This document shows positions 61,983 to 64,000 of a stretch of DNA of 64,000 nt, piece after piece. Each line of letters starts with the position of its first letter. Position 1 is the first letter of the stretch. The notes beneath the pieces are model-generated. The model did no database searches, had not been told where the DNA came from, and saw nothing but the letters and a program-made list of their open reading frames with translations. The stretch is from Orbicella franksi. Its lineage: Eukaryota. The DNA lies in assembly GCA_964199315.1 (NCBI GenBank), contig OZ116711.1:5766001-5830000 (forward strand). Direction: 5' to 3'. Made by a program: the position numbers and the translations under genes.

Positions 61983-63827
61983 ATGACGGCGGAGAAGAGA
62001 GTTCTACGCAAAGACGAACAGCTCTTAACGAAACTACAGTCAATTTTAAAACTGTACAAGAATTTCCATGCAGCAGCCGACGAACAAGACAAACTTGTCA
62101 TTTTAGAGGCTTTGAAAAGTATTCGTGAGATTCTGACAAGAAGGTACGTCACTGAGCGTTTAGGAAGAAACGACATTACGGAGATTGAAGAAGTTTTAAA
62201 AGACTTGAAAAGCCACGTGAAAGCAATGGCGTTAGACGAATTATTCAGTGAATTAAATGAGATTAAAATGAGAATGGACTTGGTAGAGACGAGATTCGAT
62301 CTGGAAGACACTATAAAGCATTCAAAAAATAATTTTAACGAAGAAGGTAAGTCATTTGAAATGTTCTCAATGATATGAAAAATCTTAAATGAATAATTAT
62401 TTAGCCACTGTATATTATCAATTTTTCGTTATTGCTGAACTTACCGAGATCTAGATATGCAAGACCAACGTAAATCAGCTTTTCTCTGTAAATGTAACTG
62501 GCTGACTTACTGACTGACAAACAGACAAGCAGACAGGGACAGACAGACTGACTGCCTGCCTGATTGTCCGACTGAACTGAGACCGACAAATTGTCAGTCT
62601 GGCTGTGCGACTGACGGATCGGCTGACCAAAAAACTGACTGATAAAGTGACTACCTGCCTGCCTGCCTACCTACCTACTTGTCTGTCTGTCTGTCTGATT
62701 GTCTGATAGACTAATTGACTCCTTAACTGCCTGCCTGACCGACTGACTGCCTGTCTTTGTGCCTCATTGCCTGCTTGACTGACTGACTAACTGACTGACT
62801 GACCAACTGACCGACCGAAATCAGTTTAAACATATTTGTTTTATTAGAACCGTGACAACTTCTAAATGACTAACATACAAACCAATTGATCCATACGTTA
62901 CACATTGTTCAGTAAGATACCATAGTTTCGGACCGACATTAGACATTTGGGTGCGCCAACGCAACGTAACGTCCAGCGCAAGTCTTTCTGACTTTTCTTG
63001 TCATCAGCTATTATTTTAATTCAGTAAGTCTTATCCCGTAGATGATGATGAGATATGGAGCAGAATCAGTGCTAAAAGGAAGGAAATACTCGGCCAGTCA
63101 AGCTTAAGACTGAAATCCACTCTTCCACGATACATGTACAAGGTGAGGTTTGATTTGCCGGGTTCACCTGCTCCTGTGCGCGCCGGTTCAGATGTGGGAA
63201 ACGAGAACCAGGACTCGGAAGAAACGTCCGATGATAGCAAAGAGCGTTTCAAATCAACTGACCAGATACTTCAAGATAGGATTAACAGTCTTCAGGGTTT
63301 TCTTAGGGAGCGAAAAACACGTTTAGCATCAGCAAGGAGACGCACAAAGATTAGTTCAGAGCTGGTGAATTCGGCGGACTACACGATTCAGCAATGCAAG
63401 AGAGAGTTACAAAGAGCTCGAGATGCGCGCTGTGGAAACCTTAGGACAAAGACTACATCTGTAGTTAAAAGCGGTGAGGACGATCTCAAACAAGGAAAGT
63501 CCCAAAGCGTGACAGTTACACGATGCGAAGAATGTAAAAGATGGTTAAAGGAAAGAGATAAGTTTTGGGGATTAGAGTCGGATTCGGAAGAAGAAGACAT
63601 TAAAGAGTTTAACAAACACGTGAGACGCCGGAGCTTACGGCGAGATTCAAGGCCTTTTGAAGCTACAGGAGGAAGGATAGTTGGCATGTCTTCGGGATCA
63701 TCTAGACACAAAGATGTCAGAAGAATAGCTGGGCGTGGTACATGGACAACACCAGCTTATGTTCCGCCATGGGCAGCAAATGGGACGAATACCGTACTAG
63801 ACAAAGGGCGGTTTGGTCCTAAGCGAG
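61983..63827 (+). CDS. Uncharacterised coiled-coil-rich protein, first two coding exons (continues beyond the window)
   Basis: Exon 61983-62346 (ATG..GAAG|GTAAGT, phase 1) joins exon 63042-63827 (CCCGTAG|AT.., ending AAGCGAG|GTAAGA) in frame. Long open frames with heptad-like Leu/Ile and E/K/R content; no family recognised. Confidence 0.7.
62497..62818. repeat. Degenerate tetranucleotide array (GACT/GCCT/GACA/GTCT)n in an intron
   Basis: A run of interspersed CTGA, CTGC, CAGA and CTGT 4-mers. Confidence 0.85.
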
Positions 63828-64000
63828 GTAAGAATAGATATTTGTTTACGTGTTTTCAGTTAGGGAAAAAATTGTTCCCGAAAGTTTCGGAAAAAGTTTG
63901 GGATTCTATTTATTCTTGCTTAATAGTACGCACATTATGACTGGTCAATTTTATTGACGCCATCACTCTATACTTAAGAGCCAGCCGTTCAACATGCCTG

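Noticed and set aside
61946-62311. 121-aa minus-strand ORF and 63388-63711
   Set aside because: Ser/Leu-rich antisense shadows of the plus-strand coiled-coil gene.

Overview
Eukaryotic, AT-rich, intron-rich animal DNA, probably a cnidarian such as a stony coral (inferred from repeat style and gene content, not verified). All gene models were built by hand from GT-AG splice sites and reading-phase continuity, so single coordinates may be off by a few bases and no transcript or database evidence was available. (1) A ~42 kb minus-strand gene (59330 to 17015; 42 coding exons, 5568 nt, ~1855 aa) encodes a secreted ADAM-type metalloprotease: signal peptide - prodomain - reprolysin (HEMGHNFGMDHD) - disintegrin - [C-half discoidin / beta-trefoil / N-half discoidin] - ADAM Cys-rich - EGF - TSP1 - 3x fibrinogen-related-like modules - TSP1 - beta-trefoil, with no transmembrane segment. 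The bracketed five-exon, phase 0-0 cassette is a circularly permuted F5/8-type discoidin domain wrapped around a beta-trefoil and inserted at the disintegrin/Cys-rich junction. This is the most striking feature. (2) Two intronless genes are nested antisense in its introns: a rhodopsin-class GPCR and a myosin essential light chain. (3) A minus-strand gene (9724 to 14; ~1004 aa after correcting one apparent +1 frameshift) encodes a tyrosine-kinase-group pseudokinase (HRD>HRA, DFG>GLH, no Gly-rich loop) with a long helical N-terminal region, a weak RHIM-like segment and a Tyr-motif-rich tail. (4) An uncharacterised coiled-coil gene starts head-to-head with the ADAM gene at ~61983 and runs off the window. 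The rest is MITEs, truncated LINEs, tRNA-derived SINEs and tandem repeats, several of them nested.
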